From: Trichoplax adhaerens
Lineage: Eukaryota; Animalia; Placozoa
Direction: 5' to 3'
NCBI RefSeq assembly: GCF_000150275.1
Contig: NW_002060952.1
Location: forward strand, 208,482 to 272,481
Length of the DNA: 64,000 bases
Shown here piece after piece: positions 1-14,340 of this stretch; the first letter of the stretch is position 1; the number at the start of each line of letters is the position of its first letter. The notes below the pieces were generated by a model that saw only the letters and a program-made list of their open reading frames with translations, had not been told where the DNA came from and ran no database searches. Made by a program: the position numbers and the translations under genes.

Positions 1-663
1 GCTATCAAGTTCATTGATAGATTAGAATTATTTACTCCTTACGCGTATGTGTGGATATCTCTCTCTCTCGCTTTCTTCAAACCGATGCACTGGAAAGTAA
101 AATGGTCTACCAAAGCAATCAACGATTTTAAGCAATTCCTACAAGCAACTACTAGCGCTTGAATAAAAAGCAAGTCTGTTGTTGACAGCAAGTTATACTA
201 CAAGATGCAATCGCTCATTCTGTTGAATAACCATGTGAATAAGTCTTATTTGTTCGAGAATAATATTGTAAAGTCCTTCTCTATTGCACACCCAAAACTG
301 GTTAACGCCCTTTAAGCTAATGGTGAGTAATCCATTGGCATTGTTCCTCCTCCATTTACCCCAATATGAACGACTATTGTTATCCTACTTGTAATAAATA
401 ATTCAAAATCATCCTTTGCAATCAACCCTAGGCAAGGCATGCAAGGAGAATTCAATTGTACTGTATTCATCTTTGCCTATCTAACACCATGGCCAATAGC
501 TAGTCATTATGATGTAGTTAGCACATCGAGACGAGCAAAATAAATACAATTTCGTTTGTACTGGAGAGAATAGCACAATTGTTCTACTGTCGACGAGCGG
601 TAGAGATTTTGACCTTGATGCAATTTGGGGATTCCCCTTGATTGCATAAGCAACACTAATGGA

Positions 664-1520
664 AATCAATCAATTGATAGGAAATGGTCATAAGCGGGCA
701 GGTTAATGCATGATGGATGTCAAGGGATGAAATCTTGCCGCTCTAACATTTTTCGACGAAGATAGTCCTCGTTGCGGGACTTGTCATCGATTGAAGAGTG
801 TCCTCAATCGAATCGAAATAAATCAATCAATCGATAGGAGGCGATCATCAGCGGGTAGGTTAATGCATGATGGATTTCATTTTCGAAGAAGATAGTTCTC
901 GTTATTACGGGGACTTGCCATCGATTGAAGAGTATCCCCGATCGAAATCAATCAATCGATAGGAGACAATCATCAGCGGGTAGGTTAATGCATGATGGAT
1001 GTCAAGGGATGAAATCTTCCCGCTCTAACATTTTTCGACGAAGATAGTCCTCGTTGCGGGACTTGTCATCGATTGAAGAGTGTCCTCAATCGAATCGAAA
1101 TAAATCAATCAATCGATAGGAGGCGATCATCAGCGGGTAGGTTAATGCATGATGGATTTCATTTTCGAAGAAGATAGTTCTCGTTATTACGGGGACTTGC
1201 CATCGATTGAAGAGTATCCCCGATCGAAATCAATCTATCGATAGGAGACAATCATCAGCGGGTAGGTTAATGCATGATGGATGTCAAGGGATGAAATCTT
1301 GCCGCTCTAACATTTTTCGACGAAGATAGTCCTCGTTACGGGGACTTGTCATCGATTGAAGAGTGTCCTTAATCGATAGGAGACGATCATCAGCGGGTAG
1401 GGTAATGCATGATCGATGTCATCTTTCGACAAGATAGTCCTTGTCGATCAATCTGAAACAACGACTCGTATAAATACTGTACAGTAATGGAAATAAATCA
1501 ATCGATAGGAGACGATCATG
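664..1520. repeat. Tandem array of alternating long (~156 bp) and short (~126 bp) monomers; higher-order period ~282 bp
   Basis: Core AATCGATAGGAG.CGATCATCAGCGGGTAGGTTAATGCATGATGGAT recurs at ~670, 830, 955, 1110, 1237, 1371; long units carry an extra GTCAAGGGATGAAATCTTGCCGCTCTAAC segment; 821-1101 is nearly identical to 1103-1370. Confidence 0.95.
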
Positions 1521-1589
1521 TAAACTAGAATAGTAGTCAACTTTTCATGGCCAACGCAGTCGATGCACATTCAAATCGCATCAAGCTTT

Positions 1590-2350
1590 CACAAGCAACG
1601 CTAGCTTCCATAAATCGGTCATGAAATGTCGGTAGTCGATCGTCAAATCGATACTGATTAGATTAGTCATGCACTTTTTACGAGTAACGCAATCGAGGCG
1701 CATTTGCACATTGGAATAGCAGTAAGCTTTTTCTTAAGCAACGCTCGATGCGCATCGGAATAGCAATAACGCAATCTATGCCTATTGGGATAGTAATAAG
1801 TTTTTTCCTAGGCAACGTAGTCCGATGCACGTTTACTTTTTTTAAGCAACGTTCACTTAAATCAATGTCGATAGGGGATAACGCTATTTGCGAAGATTTG
1901 AATTCCAACAGGTTTTTTCTTAAATTTAAGCAAGCTTAGCTTTCAATGCTGTAAGCTATTCCATAAACAACGCTAACTTCCATGAAATCTTAAGGGAAAT
2001 ATGGGTAATACAGTCTACATAGAGTACAGTACAACTTAAGCGGACTAACTTCAACAAGTATTTTATTTTTTTTCTATACAGTGTGCTGGATTCAATCACT
2101 TTATACGCGCTTTTAATAAAAGGAACGATAGCTTTAAGGAACGCTGGTAAATGACATAGCATAGAGATTTAAATTCGAAGCAGTATTTTTATCATGCGCT
2201 ATGCTAACTGCAATCAATGGAGACTTGAATAATGGCAAAAACGTTGCTTATAAGTAGCGTTAGCTTCAAGGGACATACAGTAGGCAATGAGATAGTGTGA
2301 ACATTTAAACTCCAACAAGTTTATTTCATAAGCAGCGCTAGCTTTAAACA
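1590..2350. repeat. Highly degenerate old tandem repeat
   Basis: Variants of AAGCAACGCTAGCTT at ~1593, 1737, 1843, 1964, 2251, 2329 and of GATTTRAATTC at ~1894, 2166, 2304. Confidence 0.55.
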
Positions 2351-2460
2351 ATAGACGAAATATCTATAGAGGATAGGATCAATGTTGTCGGACCGATGCT
2401 ATTTTTTTTCATTTCTATTACATCTTTGTGAACGGATAGTTTATAAAAATTCACCAAGAT

Positions 2461-2850
2461 TAAACCTTCATTTACTCTTTGAACAAGCATTCATAACGTA
2501 GAAGAAGATAATCCGTTGCCTTTAGTAATGAGACGGGGCAATGGGATTACTGTCTATGTGTCGGATTTCTTTATTTTTTTTACATGAACACTGGCGGCTT
2601 AACCATTTCATACTGTACGACATTGGTCATAGTAAGTAGATGAAAATATCCTACAAAATTATTCTATCGAATGCCATGGCTGTCGCAAGGTGAACAAGAT
2701 GATTGACATTTAATACACTGCTAGATTGGCGTGCATGGTTTCATCGTACCCTAACCCTAACCCTAATCCAAACCTTAACTTACTCTTTGAACAAGCATTC
2801 ATCATTTTGAATACACTGTTAGATTGGCGTGCATGGTTTCATCGTACCCT
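2461..2850. repeat. Interleaved local duplications with a (CCCTAA)3 telomere-type tract at 2749-2766
   Basis: AAACCTT.A.TTACTCTTT(T)GAACAAGCATTCAT at ~2462 and ~2770; AATACACTG.TAGATTGGCGTGCATGGTTTCATCGTACCCT at ~2712 and ~2810. Confidence 0.8.
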
Positions 2851-4569
2851 TATACCTTTGCTTAGATTGTTCATAGCAAGAATAATTGAAGCGGATTCTA
2901 TTCCGTTGATGCAAGAATGAATCAATTCGACCTATACATTTAACGTAATGGAGCGTGACCAAGAAAATTAACGCTGGATAGTATATAATTTTAATTATCT
3001 TGAATTGTTTCAAAAGGGAAGACTACGAAAATTATTAATGAAATATTCAGACAGAATCTGATCGTGTTCATGACTCCCCGTGGTGTTAATCATAATTAAT
3101 TATTGAACTATAAAAACAAGATCGATAAAAAAGAGGCATAAAAGGGAAGGGCTTGCATCATCTCTTCCACTATAGGATACAATATGAGATTGTACTGCCA
3201 GGCTCAAGCTATCCTACCGTGATCGATTGCCTTTCAGGGAGTAATCTTCCAATATCAAGTAGATAGAGAATCCTTACTTTATTCAATTTCTTTGACTTTT
3301 GTCTATACAGATTAATCATCTCGGTATAAAATTCTCGAGACGCTCAAATTAGGTTATGGCACATGCTTACAAGACGCTAAAAATGTGCTTGGACAGGCAA
3401 ATTTTTTTTTGCGTCATTACTTCTCTGTCTCCATCATGCATGATTCATGGCTTATTACCCCTTAATCCTCTTTTATAAAATAGCGTCAATGATAAAATAT
3501 CACTAATTTCGTTAAATGAAATCGAATCGATTGTCGTTTTCATCGTTTAAAGTAAAGTAATCATTTCAATCTAAATATACAGTAATCTTATTAACTCCAT
3601 CTCCATTCAATGGAGTTTATCCAATAAGGAGAGGGACGATGAAAGTCAATGTGACAAATTTCTGTTGAATTCAATCTTACACGAACTCATGAATAAGGTA
3701 AGCAATTTTCCAAGATATTATCATCAATCGGAAAGGTAACTAGGGGATAGCCTCCTATTTTTATAAGGCAGTCCGAGAAATAACCTTGCCGAGAACGTCC
3801 ATGTTGGACAAGGAATGATGCCGGTCGTGGAAAGATCATCGTTTAAATTTTTGCCTCTCCCTACTGGGTGAGTGTATGCGAAAGTCTATTCTTGCATAAT
3901 AATTAATAAGCGTTTTCTCTGCATGATTCATCGAATGTTATTATTTCTTCCTTTACAAGCATATCAAAATACAGAGACATCCATTTGTGGAATAAATTAG
4001 GTGGAATTTTTTCTTATTTTGTCCTCGTTTTAATGTTGACTATGCAGGAGAAGAATACAATGACATCTGACATCATTTTAACGTTTTTGAGCTAAGTGAA
4101 TGCCTTCATGTTCACCATCAAAAAATGATGAATATCAATTTACCCAATAGACAACCTCTCTATTGGCGATCCCATTGATTGATTATCTTTATAATCAAGC
4201 AAATAGTTAACACCCAAGCACCACGCCTAAAATACCATAACGGATAGCTAAATTGAAGATATACATGAGTCTACAAGAAGTAGCGATATAGTAGCATTCT
4301 ACCTGCCTCAGTACAACAAATTCATTTTCTTTCATGTCTACTATAGCAAGGTATAATCTACAATCAGCCATTGGCTACCAACTCCTTATTTATAGCATCG
4401 TAGTTGTTTGTTCTGCAGCCTTGTACTTTTTCACTGGGCAATAAAGGATTTATTTGTATCGAATTATTATAATAGTTCTTATTCTATCATGAATAACAAT
4501 AGCTTAACCAATTTAGAGGTTTATCGATGATAACTTATGCATGTTCAAGGATTTTGGCTTAAGCAACTA

Positions 4570-4780
4570 TCGTTGCGTTTCCATTCTTAGTCGTTAACGT
4601 TAGCACGAGAGACTTTGATACACTCCTCCTAGTAACCTTGCTAAAAGTCTCTTTTCTTTAGGATTTACTGCATTTAAATAGTGTAGCCGTAATAACATAT
4701 TATACCCTTATCTTAGTAATTCATTACCTTATTTTATGCTAACCTTATCTTAGTAATTCATTACCTTATTTTATGCTAAC
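4570..4780 (+). repeat. Dispersed ~160-bp repeat, copy 1, with a 37-bp tandem duplication at its 3' end
   Basis: TTTCCATTCTTAGTCGTTAACGTTAGCACGAGAGACTTTGATACACTCCTCCTAGTAA...TTATCTTAGTAATTCA aligns with 18807-18973; CCTTATCTTAGTAATTCATTACCTTATTTTATGCTAAC is duplicated at ~4706-4780. Confidence 0.9.
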
Positions 4781-7700
4781 ACGATAGGTGCAGTACAACA
4801 GGTTACTATATTCTGACATATATAACAACTATCACACCCTTTATGAAAAAGTATCAAGATGATGACATGAGAATTCTTACACGGTTAAAGGCATCATGTT
4901 CATTTTCCATCAAATGCCATGAATTGAAGATAGATAGGATAGACGATTATTACCTTACTAGACTATCAATGATCGAGTTGAGACGCTTATGTCGATCTAT
5001 GAAGCTCGTGATCATCATTTTATGAGCTGTAAGACTCTAATAAACGCTAATAAAAATGTTTGAAAATAAAATGAATTCTAAGTGATGTATCTATCATGGT
5101 CAACCTTGGTGATACATGATCGAGAAAATGATCCATTGATATTTGTATAAATCAATGATACTGCGCTATGACTATTCTGTCATCCATAACGCTAACTGCC
5201 GGAAACTATTTTATAAGTTGATGATGATAATTTTCCTTCCATTTCATTGCTTTCATGCCTTTAGCCACCGTACCGTAAGTTAAACTACTTTCAACATGAT
5301 GGTTGATAGTTGATTGCAGAATGTTCCATAGAAATCATCAAATTACAGTATGTAACATGAAACGTCTCGGTACATACGGCGTCGATAGTTTAGCCACTAT
5401 ATTACTTTTAACTAAGTCAACTAGTATATACTAAACTAATAGTAAGAATAGTTTAAGTCGATCGATTGAAAAATTTTGACCATCGGAGTAATAAATCATT
5501 CTCAGGATAGGAATTTTTGAAATTGCAACTATTGATTGTACCACTTTAGCCTAACCGGCAATCTTATCCTATAATAAAAGTACTTTAAGGTGATTCTTTA
5601 ACTACAGGTGGCAATCAAAATTGTCTCTTCATTCTCAAAAATGATGAGAATTTTCTGAATATGAGGATACTTGTTAAAGATAGAAATGGTGGATTTTTAA
5701 TGCTATACTTATTTTACGGGGATGTACAGTACTTTAGTATTTTCCTTTACCGGTGCTTAATGCGTTGTATCTGCAAGAGCTTCGCAATTAATGACAAGTT
5801 TTCATACATGAGAATACGAAATATCTACAGGAGATATGTACAACTCTTCATCTTAACGTCGATATTCGTAAAATTTATAGAGCATTACCACCCTGAGTGA
5901 AATGATTTATTGAAGGAGATAGCCTTATAACATAGTTTGAAACCACTTCCATAAAGTAAAGGCCAAACTTGAACTATTCATTTCCAGTAAACTAAGTAAC
6001 TCGTACAAGATAATAGGAAACATTTGCCCTGCTTATAGACGTAGGCTGCTGATGTTTGCACAGATAAGAAAGACGATGATTAATAAAATAAAAGAAAATT
6101 TCTGAGGACTTAGATATTAAATTTAAAGCTAATTTGAGTCATGATAATGTTCAAAGCACACCATTTCATCTTATTCTTGTCACTATCTGATGTTAGACTA
6201 ACACTGGTCTGTCTCATTTTGGGCAGCACACATCATATCCGCTACTGTTCATTCCCATCATTTTATCACATTATCAATAGCACTTGTTGAATATTTTATA
6301 CAAGAATAGGGCCGATATTCGATCTAGCTTACTAATATGGATTGGATAAAAACGACTATTTGCACTCATTCTTCTCATTGCATGAAAAAAAAGTATGTTA
6401 TGAAATATTGATAATGCTTATGTAGTATTAAAAAGTACAAGCGGCCGTAAAGACGTGATAGATTAGTCTTCGTCAATGATTTAGTGCCTATATCAAAAGC
6501 AGTCATTATCAATGATGCGGTATATGGTGCTGGGTAGAATAAAAATAGAATACTTATCTTCGATAAAAATACTGTCCTGTATGCAATATGACATGTAGAA
6601 TATTTAAAAAGTTGAAATTATCGAACAAAGTGACGAAATAGATTGAATAGGAAAATTTGAGTTATATTAAAAAAAAATCGGAAAGGAGCAAATTCTATCA
6701 AAGTCATTAATATCGTCGTCTATCCAGTGGATAAAAAGTAACACGGTACAAGGTAAGAGTTTCAACTTTTAAAAAAGTAAGAGATTTACCCGTGATATAA
6801 AAGGAAAAATTCACGGTCAATCTATACATTAGTTAATCGGAAATTAGAAATTCTACTTTACAAATTAAAGTTTCTCTATCATCGCATTTCATCTTTCACT
6901 TACCGATAAGAGCTGGAGCAGATTGCAATCTCTTCCGAATTGTATAAGGAAGAAGAAGAATGTAGTGATTCTATTTTATATGTAGAATAACTATAAAGTA
7001 AAAGGTTATACATACAAGTTGAATTGCTGCTGTCAATCCAGCCTATTTTATGCGTCAGTATGACCTAAGTTATTGTCTTGATAGACCGCCTAACAATTGC
7101 TAGGCACACCCTTGCTTCCGTTTGCTTTCTTTTATTCCTTCTCGTAATAATTGTCGTCGTCAATAATTTAGTATAAATTAATATAAATAAGAATTTTATA
7201 CAATGCTCTCGTCGTATACTTATTAACTCTATGGTTGAGCTGCTGTATTATGCTAATTAAACCTGCCGACGTTTCGTGCAATATTCACTGTTGCCATGAG
7301 ATGAGTTATCCACAAAGTTAAAGTTGAAACTAGATTATAAGTCTGCAAACTTTTTAATGTTGGATAAACCGATATTGAAGTTCTATGCTAAAATCCCTTT
7401 TTCTTCAAGATAGATACTATATGCGGAATTCAGTAAAATTCTTGATTTTTATCACTTCTGAAAAGACTTCTTCTATAGTGTCTAAGTAGAACATCGGCCA
7501 CACTATTCTAGTTCTAACGCAGTAGTTATACGAAACAATTAATTAGTGGCATCCCTGTGGCCATGATAATATTTGTATGCTCTTAAATGAAAGATAAATC
7601 AATGCTTTATCGCTAAAATAGCTTTCCTACATGAAAGATATAAAATACCATAAAATATCAATTTCATAACCTTAACGGACTTTATAGCGCATAATAAATG

Positions 7701-10672
7701 TAATATTATGCATATAGACATCATTCCTGTGCTAGCTCTGTTATAGGCGGCAAAATTAACTAGCGACATACTTTATTAGTGAAAATGTTTGTATCCTCTT
7801 AACACTGCCTGTATCTGGACTGTTTCTGTACATTGAAAGAGTTTCTTTCGCTATGATAGACTTGCAGATTATTGAATATGATAAAATACAGTATAGATTT
7901 TATGAGTTCTAAATGGGCTTTTACAGAATGTACTATAGTATAGTATGCTGCTCATCCTTAAACTACTAGCTTATTTAGAACACAGAGTTAATCAGCGAAA
8001 TTCTTCAGTATCGAGAATAATTATATTCGTGATTTAGATTGATGACTATCAGACATTCAATGAGCGTAGAATTTTTCTATGATTAGATGTAGAAAGAAGA
8101 AATGGATATTACCTTTAAAGTGACCCAGCTTACGTAGATGAACGTATTGTAATAAATCAAAATCGACGGTAGATTGTAGCCTCTCACTCACCAAATGAGG
8201 TGTACAATCTAATGCTTGCATAGATTAGATGATTTTCTAAACTTTACTTAAAGTAATGCCTCTACTATACTATTATACTGTACATTAGACGATATAAAGT
8301 GTTTTAGTTAGACAATATTAGGTGATGAATAAATATTTTAAACGATATTGGGACTATATTTAATATAGAATTAGAAATATTAATAAATTAATATATTGCT
8401 TGCTAGTTTATATTATAATATATAAATATATATATGAGATATACTCGTTTATATAAAACGGACACAATTACATAAAATATTTTATTGCGATTGATTTTAT
8501 ATTCAAGAAATAATTACTGTAGCCTATAGTCCGCCCATAATTCGATAGCCTTTATGCAATTCATCAAATTAAGCAGAATACTAGCGTTGGTTGCAGACTG
8601 TTAAATACTTAATTAGGTAACAATATCGTGTAGCGATTAGCCTTAATTGTTTTTGCTGCTAACGTTACATTAATTAACAAGATGATTGATATTATATAAA
8701 TTCCAAAATTAGTCAATGTAGTAAAATCTACTGCTAGTAAGTACCAGTTTTTATTAAATAATAATTAGAAGCACTTTAGATTAAGTAAAGCCCTATTATA
8801 AATATTTGTAATTTTATGATATTTACAAGTAAAAGTTGTTCTCGATATTGCAATTTTTAATAAAGTTATTTGAGAAGTTAGGCATGTCTACGAAAATAAT
8901 AGCTTGCAAGGGGCAATCTGTCTTACAATTCGAACAGTTTAAATGGTAAATCAAGTGATGAAACGTAGCTATGATGCTAAGTGTAGAGTATAAATTTCCA
9001 TTGGTAAAATTTCAAGATTACTTAATACAAATAGTAACAGACTAACGTAGACTTACATGTATAATCAACAGATGTTCTCTCTCATTACCATTTAAAAGCA
9101 TTTCCTCTAGCGTAATTCTATGGTGACTCGATATTACTTTTGAGGCAGAGTACCACCATAATACTTTTGTTCTTAAGCAGTTTTGCTACTGTAGTGCTTA
9201 CCAACCGATTATATTATTTGATTCAAAATATTCTACCTTAATAAATAGTTATTTTTTCTCATTAATTACTCGTACGCGTATACTGCATAAAAAATACGTT
9301 CCGTATTTATACTAGCTCTGGCTGATCATTTCACGGTTAAAATATAGTTAACTATGATACAACACATCGATGATATCACCATTAAGGGAATTCCACAAAT
9401 TAACTTTTAAAGATATTTACAGTAACAGTAAGTATCGGTCATTCCACTGTTGTCTACTAAATTCTCGATAAATATCCTAACTGATGATATTTCAATATTT
9501 AAACGAGTACTAAACAATAGCATTCGCAAGATTTTTTCAGTGTATGAATTTCACATATTTTTTATTTGCTAATTGAGAATTTTTAAATTACATTGGAAAT
9601 TTTTAAATCGTTTTTAGTGTAATAATATTTTAAATCATTTATCATACTGCGTTCAGAAATCGATGTAATGATAAGTGTTGAAGTCTATACAAATCATTAA
9701 TTAATTATAGTAACACGTTATAGATGTATTCCAGCTACGAGTTGCGCATATAAATGAAGTCGATATGACATGAAATTTATTCAGTAAACGAGATAGACAG
9801 TTATATGATTCCTAAGCTCGTTCTATCCTACCTCTTCTGGGAAATTAAAACCTTATCATAAATTTAAGAAAGTCCATCTTAAGTAAAACATCAAGTATTA
9901 TCGTTTCTGGTTAAAAATACGTATTGTTGAATGATATAGTTAATTGCATTTATAAGAATATGCAGAGGAACCCGATCGTTGTATTCCAAGTGAAGTACTT
10001 TCGTCAATCTAGAGATTTGACTAACTTAAGGTATCTTTAGCAAGCGGTTGGATGATTTTAAGTTTAATAAATTTCATACATAGTAGGGTTACAAGCTATC
10101 CCTAGAGCTCCGATCTAAGATTCTATATATACGCGTATAAGCTTTGAGTTGCTTCGCCATGTTAAAATGGCTCATATATAATTAATCTTGATGTTCATAT
10201 GACAATTACATACAGTTGCAAGCTCAAAATCAATTTTTATCCGAAAGTCTTTTCATTTATCAATACATCAATACAAAGTACCATGTAGGTCTATTGATAC
10301 GGTAGAGAGCTGCGATCATCATATGCAGTACTTTTTTAGTCTACAGCCTAAATTATAGGCTGTAATTGTTATTCATGTACACATATGCAATACTCCTAAA
10401 GTATTACAAGTATTCTAAACAGTACGCTATTGTAAGGTAAATAGCCTATTTTGTCATACATGATTTTAGTAAAAGAAATGCTGTAATTTGAACAGGAAAG
10501 TACAACCATCGAATTCATATTAAAAATGTTTGCGAATATGTATTTAAGTTAAAACCTCTTTGATACACGTTAAGAAACTTAGATTTCGTATTTGACATCG
10601 TACAAATAGTGGTTGAAATACAAAGAATCGGGAATAATTTGTAATATACGACTAAGAGATATGTTTTACTTC

Positions 10673-13600
10673 TTATTTATTAGGTGATCCAGCAGTCATC
10701 TTCTTATTAGTATTACTTTCTAGATCATCTGCAGATCGCTTCTATAAACACAAATCATATCAAACTAAGTCACAAATATGAATGTATATCCCATAACGGG
10801 AGAGATTTGCAAAGTATAATGTTTCTCAGTACCGTAACGTTTTAAGTTACCTTGGGAAATTTATCGGGATACATTAAATTTTTGGCAATTTCCAAAGCAT
10901 TCTCATCCTTATTATAACAATTTGAATTATTATTATAGCGTTTATTATAATTCTTATATGAGCGTACAGAACACCATCACACGGTATACAGTAGTTGTAT
11001 GCTACACGTTGTAAACTTCTTAAGCATTGATTAACGATTTTAGAAACTTACTTTTAGCCAAGGGTGTCCTAATGCTTCATCAAGTGATAACCTGTCAGCA
11101 GCTTCAACTTGCATCAATCCACGAACTAGCTCTTTGGCTGCAAAGTAACAAATCAAACAATGTAAAAAATTTCATTCAAATACAACGAATGAATAAGCCG
11201 TTATTTTCCTACCTTCTTCAGAAACATCCTTCCATTCATCCGGTGATCTATACCACCGTCTAGATAAAACTTTTGATTTTAAGATTTCAATTGTGTCAGC
11301 ATCTTCTACTTCACTATCTGAAGCTGTAAATGGTTGATAGCCTGCCAAACTAATTTTATGGTACGTCGTATCATTTTAAAATCACCTTTTTGTAGTTCCG
11401 TGTCTTTAGAAATAATACCGTCTATTACTCACCATACATATAAAACAACACCTAAGCTCCACAAATCGACCGCTTTATTGTAACTTTGATTTCCTACTAG
11501 GACCTCCGGAGCCAAATAAGTTGGAGTACCTACGTATGATGTCATGAGAGATTTATCTCCGACAATCCTTGCTAGCCCAAAATCAGTCAATTTCACCAAA
11601 GTGTAAGGTTCATCGGTCTTTAAAAGAACATTTTCTAGCTAATATCGTATAACATAGGAAAGAATATACTACGTTACTTTATTGCCACGAAAACTAGCAA
11701 TCGTGAAGTACCTTTATAATTCAAGTAATAACTCCTACCTTCAGGTCTCTATGGCTGATATTGTTTTTGTGTAGGTACTGAACATCAAGTATAAATGATA
11801 TCATGAGCGGGCGAGGTAATAGGTACGTCATTAGAGATCATAAAAAATTTACCTTGACAGCCTCTAGTAATTGATAGAATATAACTTTAAATTCTTGTTC
11901 ACGAGCCCCAGCATATTTGCCATATTTTACAACCCTATCGAACAATTCTCCACCTTCAGCTCTATAAAACGGTGAAAATAAATGCAGTATTTGGGCAAAA
12001 CAACGTGCGCTTGTCATTTAAATCCTTACTTTAGTATATTCTTTGCAAAATAAATACAGCTATTATCGTAATCAATATACTATACCCGTATGAATATATA
12101 CATACGCACATATATGGATATAGAATGTATACAAGTACATAGAAATTATCGTATAAGAATATTTGATTGACACATGTAGAATCATCTTTTAGCAATACAA
12201 GTTTAAAAGTATTGAGGGAAGGGTTGGTACAACTCTAGAACAATACAAAGTGCTTCCGGCGAGTCAAAAACGTCTTCAACTGTAGTCATACAAGGCTGAA
12301 ATAGAAAGTTACGTTCAATATCATACTTATCAATAGTCACAGGAAAGCAGTTATAAGACTTACATGGTGTAAGCTCTTTAATATTTTTACTTCCTGCATC
12401 AGTCGTGAAGTTGAAGTTAGAGCCTAAATGTTGATAGATTTAGTTAATATAAGTACAGTATGTAGTCCCATCAATAACATCTTATGACCATGAATATCAG
12501 CTCTGATTTCATTACTGTCAGTAAAATGCTTACCCCACCGGTGAAAGACAAATTCTTTTTCTTAATAATCTTCACAGCATATTTTTGACATGACTTCTTA
12601 TCGAAAGCTAATTTGACTACTCCACAGGCACCACTATAAAGAAATTATTTTAAATGGTCTAAAAAGCACTTTTGAAATTGATTATCATGTACATATTTTA
12701 GCAGCAAACTAAATCATAGAAACAATTACCTCCCTAGCTCTCTTGATATATCGTAATGTTTAGTCAACTCCTACAGTATGAAATTTAGAGATGACATGAG
12801 ATCATAGAATACCAACTGAAATGCCTATTGCAATTTAATTTAAAAATTATGCAAACCTTTGGATAAAACTGCTTACTAGCAGATGCAACAGCGATATCAT
12901 AGAATACGTAAGCTACAACATGTGAATAAAGAAGAAATACCATTATAGCAAAATTATTGCAAACTTAATTAATATCGTAAAAAAATTTATCGTTATTAGA
13001 TAAAAATTAAATATTGCCTAATATATACCGTTAAAGAGGTGTGAACTGATAACAGTAGCAACAGTAGCAACACGTATCCTGATTAACTATGACATCAATT
13101 ACCTTTGTTGTTTGGAACAGCAAGAGAAATTACATCGTTGTTCATAATGGCACGCTTTTGATTCTTTCCTATCACAAAGTATCAACACTTGAGATTAGCT
13201 GTTTCTTTTATAGTAGTTGTGTTATTGAATCGTATTAAAATGTAAATGAAAGTGTAGCAAGGCCAGCCTTTAGGGTTCAATTAATGTACAAACTGAGTAA
13301 AATACTTGAATTGCAAGTCCATTGATAAATTATATCAAAAATATTGATTTCTAACCTATCTTTTCTCCATTTAGAAACGTACCATTAGTGCTAAATTTTA
13401 AAATCAAGAATTATTTGTGAAGCAATGGTTTATGCAGAATATCATTAATATATTAATATGCGTGCAGGGAAGTGGGAAATCAATTTTTAAAATCTAAGAA
13501 AAGTAAGTATGAATAGTACCTCATGTCTTGTATAAAAGTGTTATATCCTGTACTTGAGCCTTTCCTTTCCTAATTCAATAAGATGGTAGATAGTAAGTGA

Positions 13601-14340
13601 ATCTATTTATACATATGTATAATGCATTGTTTAAGCGTTTTCACGTATATCATCAATTGATGGATTACAACAAAAGTAATTCAAGGTTACCCTGGATACG
13701 TTGAAGTGACACTTGCTAAACGCACGGTAATGATGATTCTTATCATCATCACTACTAAAACAAAAATCGCATCCACTCCTACCAAAGGTGTTGGTATCTT
13801 CTATTAAATCTAATTGATGGAAAAATGTTTATTAGTTGATTTGTAGTTAACCTTGCTTTGAAGTTTCTATTTTTAGAATTTTAAGTTTCATGATTAAGAC
13901 ACAAGCTTCTTCATCATGAATGCGCTGCCAATGAACATCTTTATACAGTATTAGCATACAATATACAGAATCATTTGTGCTAAGTTAAGCTGTAAATAGT
14001 GGTTATATGAGAATATCAGGTAATAAAATAGTAAAATACACTGTCGATGCTGATTACTATTGTTATTTACATTTTAATTGATAGCAATGTTTATATATAG
14101 TAGAAATACGGATTACAAACAGTGTTTACAGTATGCGACAATTATCGTCCAGATAATATGCAGTAGAGTATCCTTATTACTATCAAAATTATTGCCTTTT
14201 CAATAGCTATATAAAAAGTTACCACATTTAGAGAATCCTTGACCAACAGGCAAGAAAGTAGCCCAAACAAGTTCATCAGCAAAGTTATCCTGTGAATGTT
14301 GTTCCTCGATCATGTTGACGTCCAAGGTTGGATTATCCAT
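10673..14340 (-). CDS. CHEK2: Checkpoint kinase 2-like (FHA + Ser/Thr kinase), ~17 coding exons
   Basis: Stitched exons: MDNPTLD...VWATF; FHA motifs [22 protein letters not shown]; kinase [90 protein letters not shown]; GT-AG introns; stop TAA at 10675-10673. Confidence 0.88.

Noticed and set aside
821-1400. CTGATGA (hammerhead core) on the minus strand of most monomers of the first array, suggesting a retrozyme
   Set aside because: No GAAA follows a stem II at the required position and no stem I/III with an NUH cleavage site could be built; the first monomer also lacks the motif.
5000-10600. Long AT-rich stretch searched for genes or transposons
   Set aside because: No credible ORF, exon chain, TIR/LTR or repeat was found by eye; small exons cannot be excluded.
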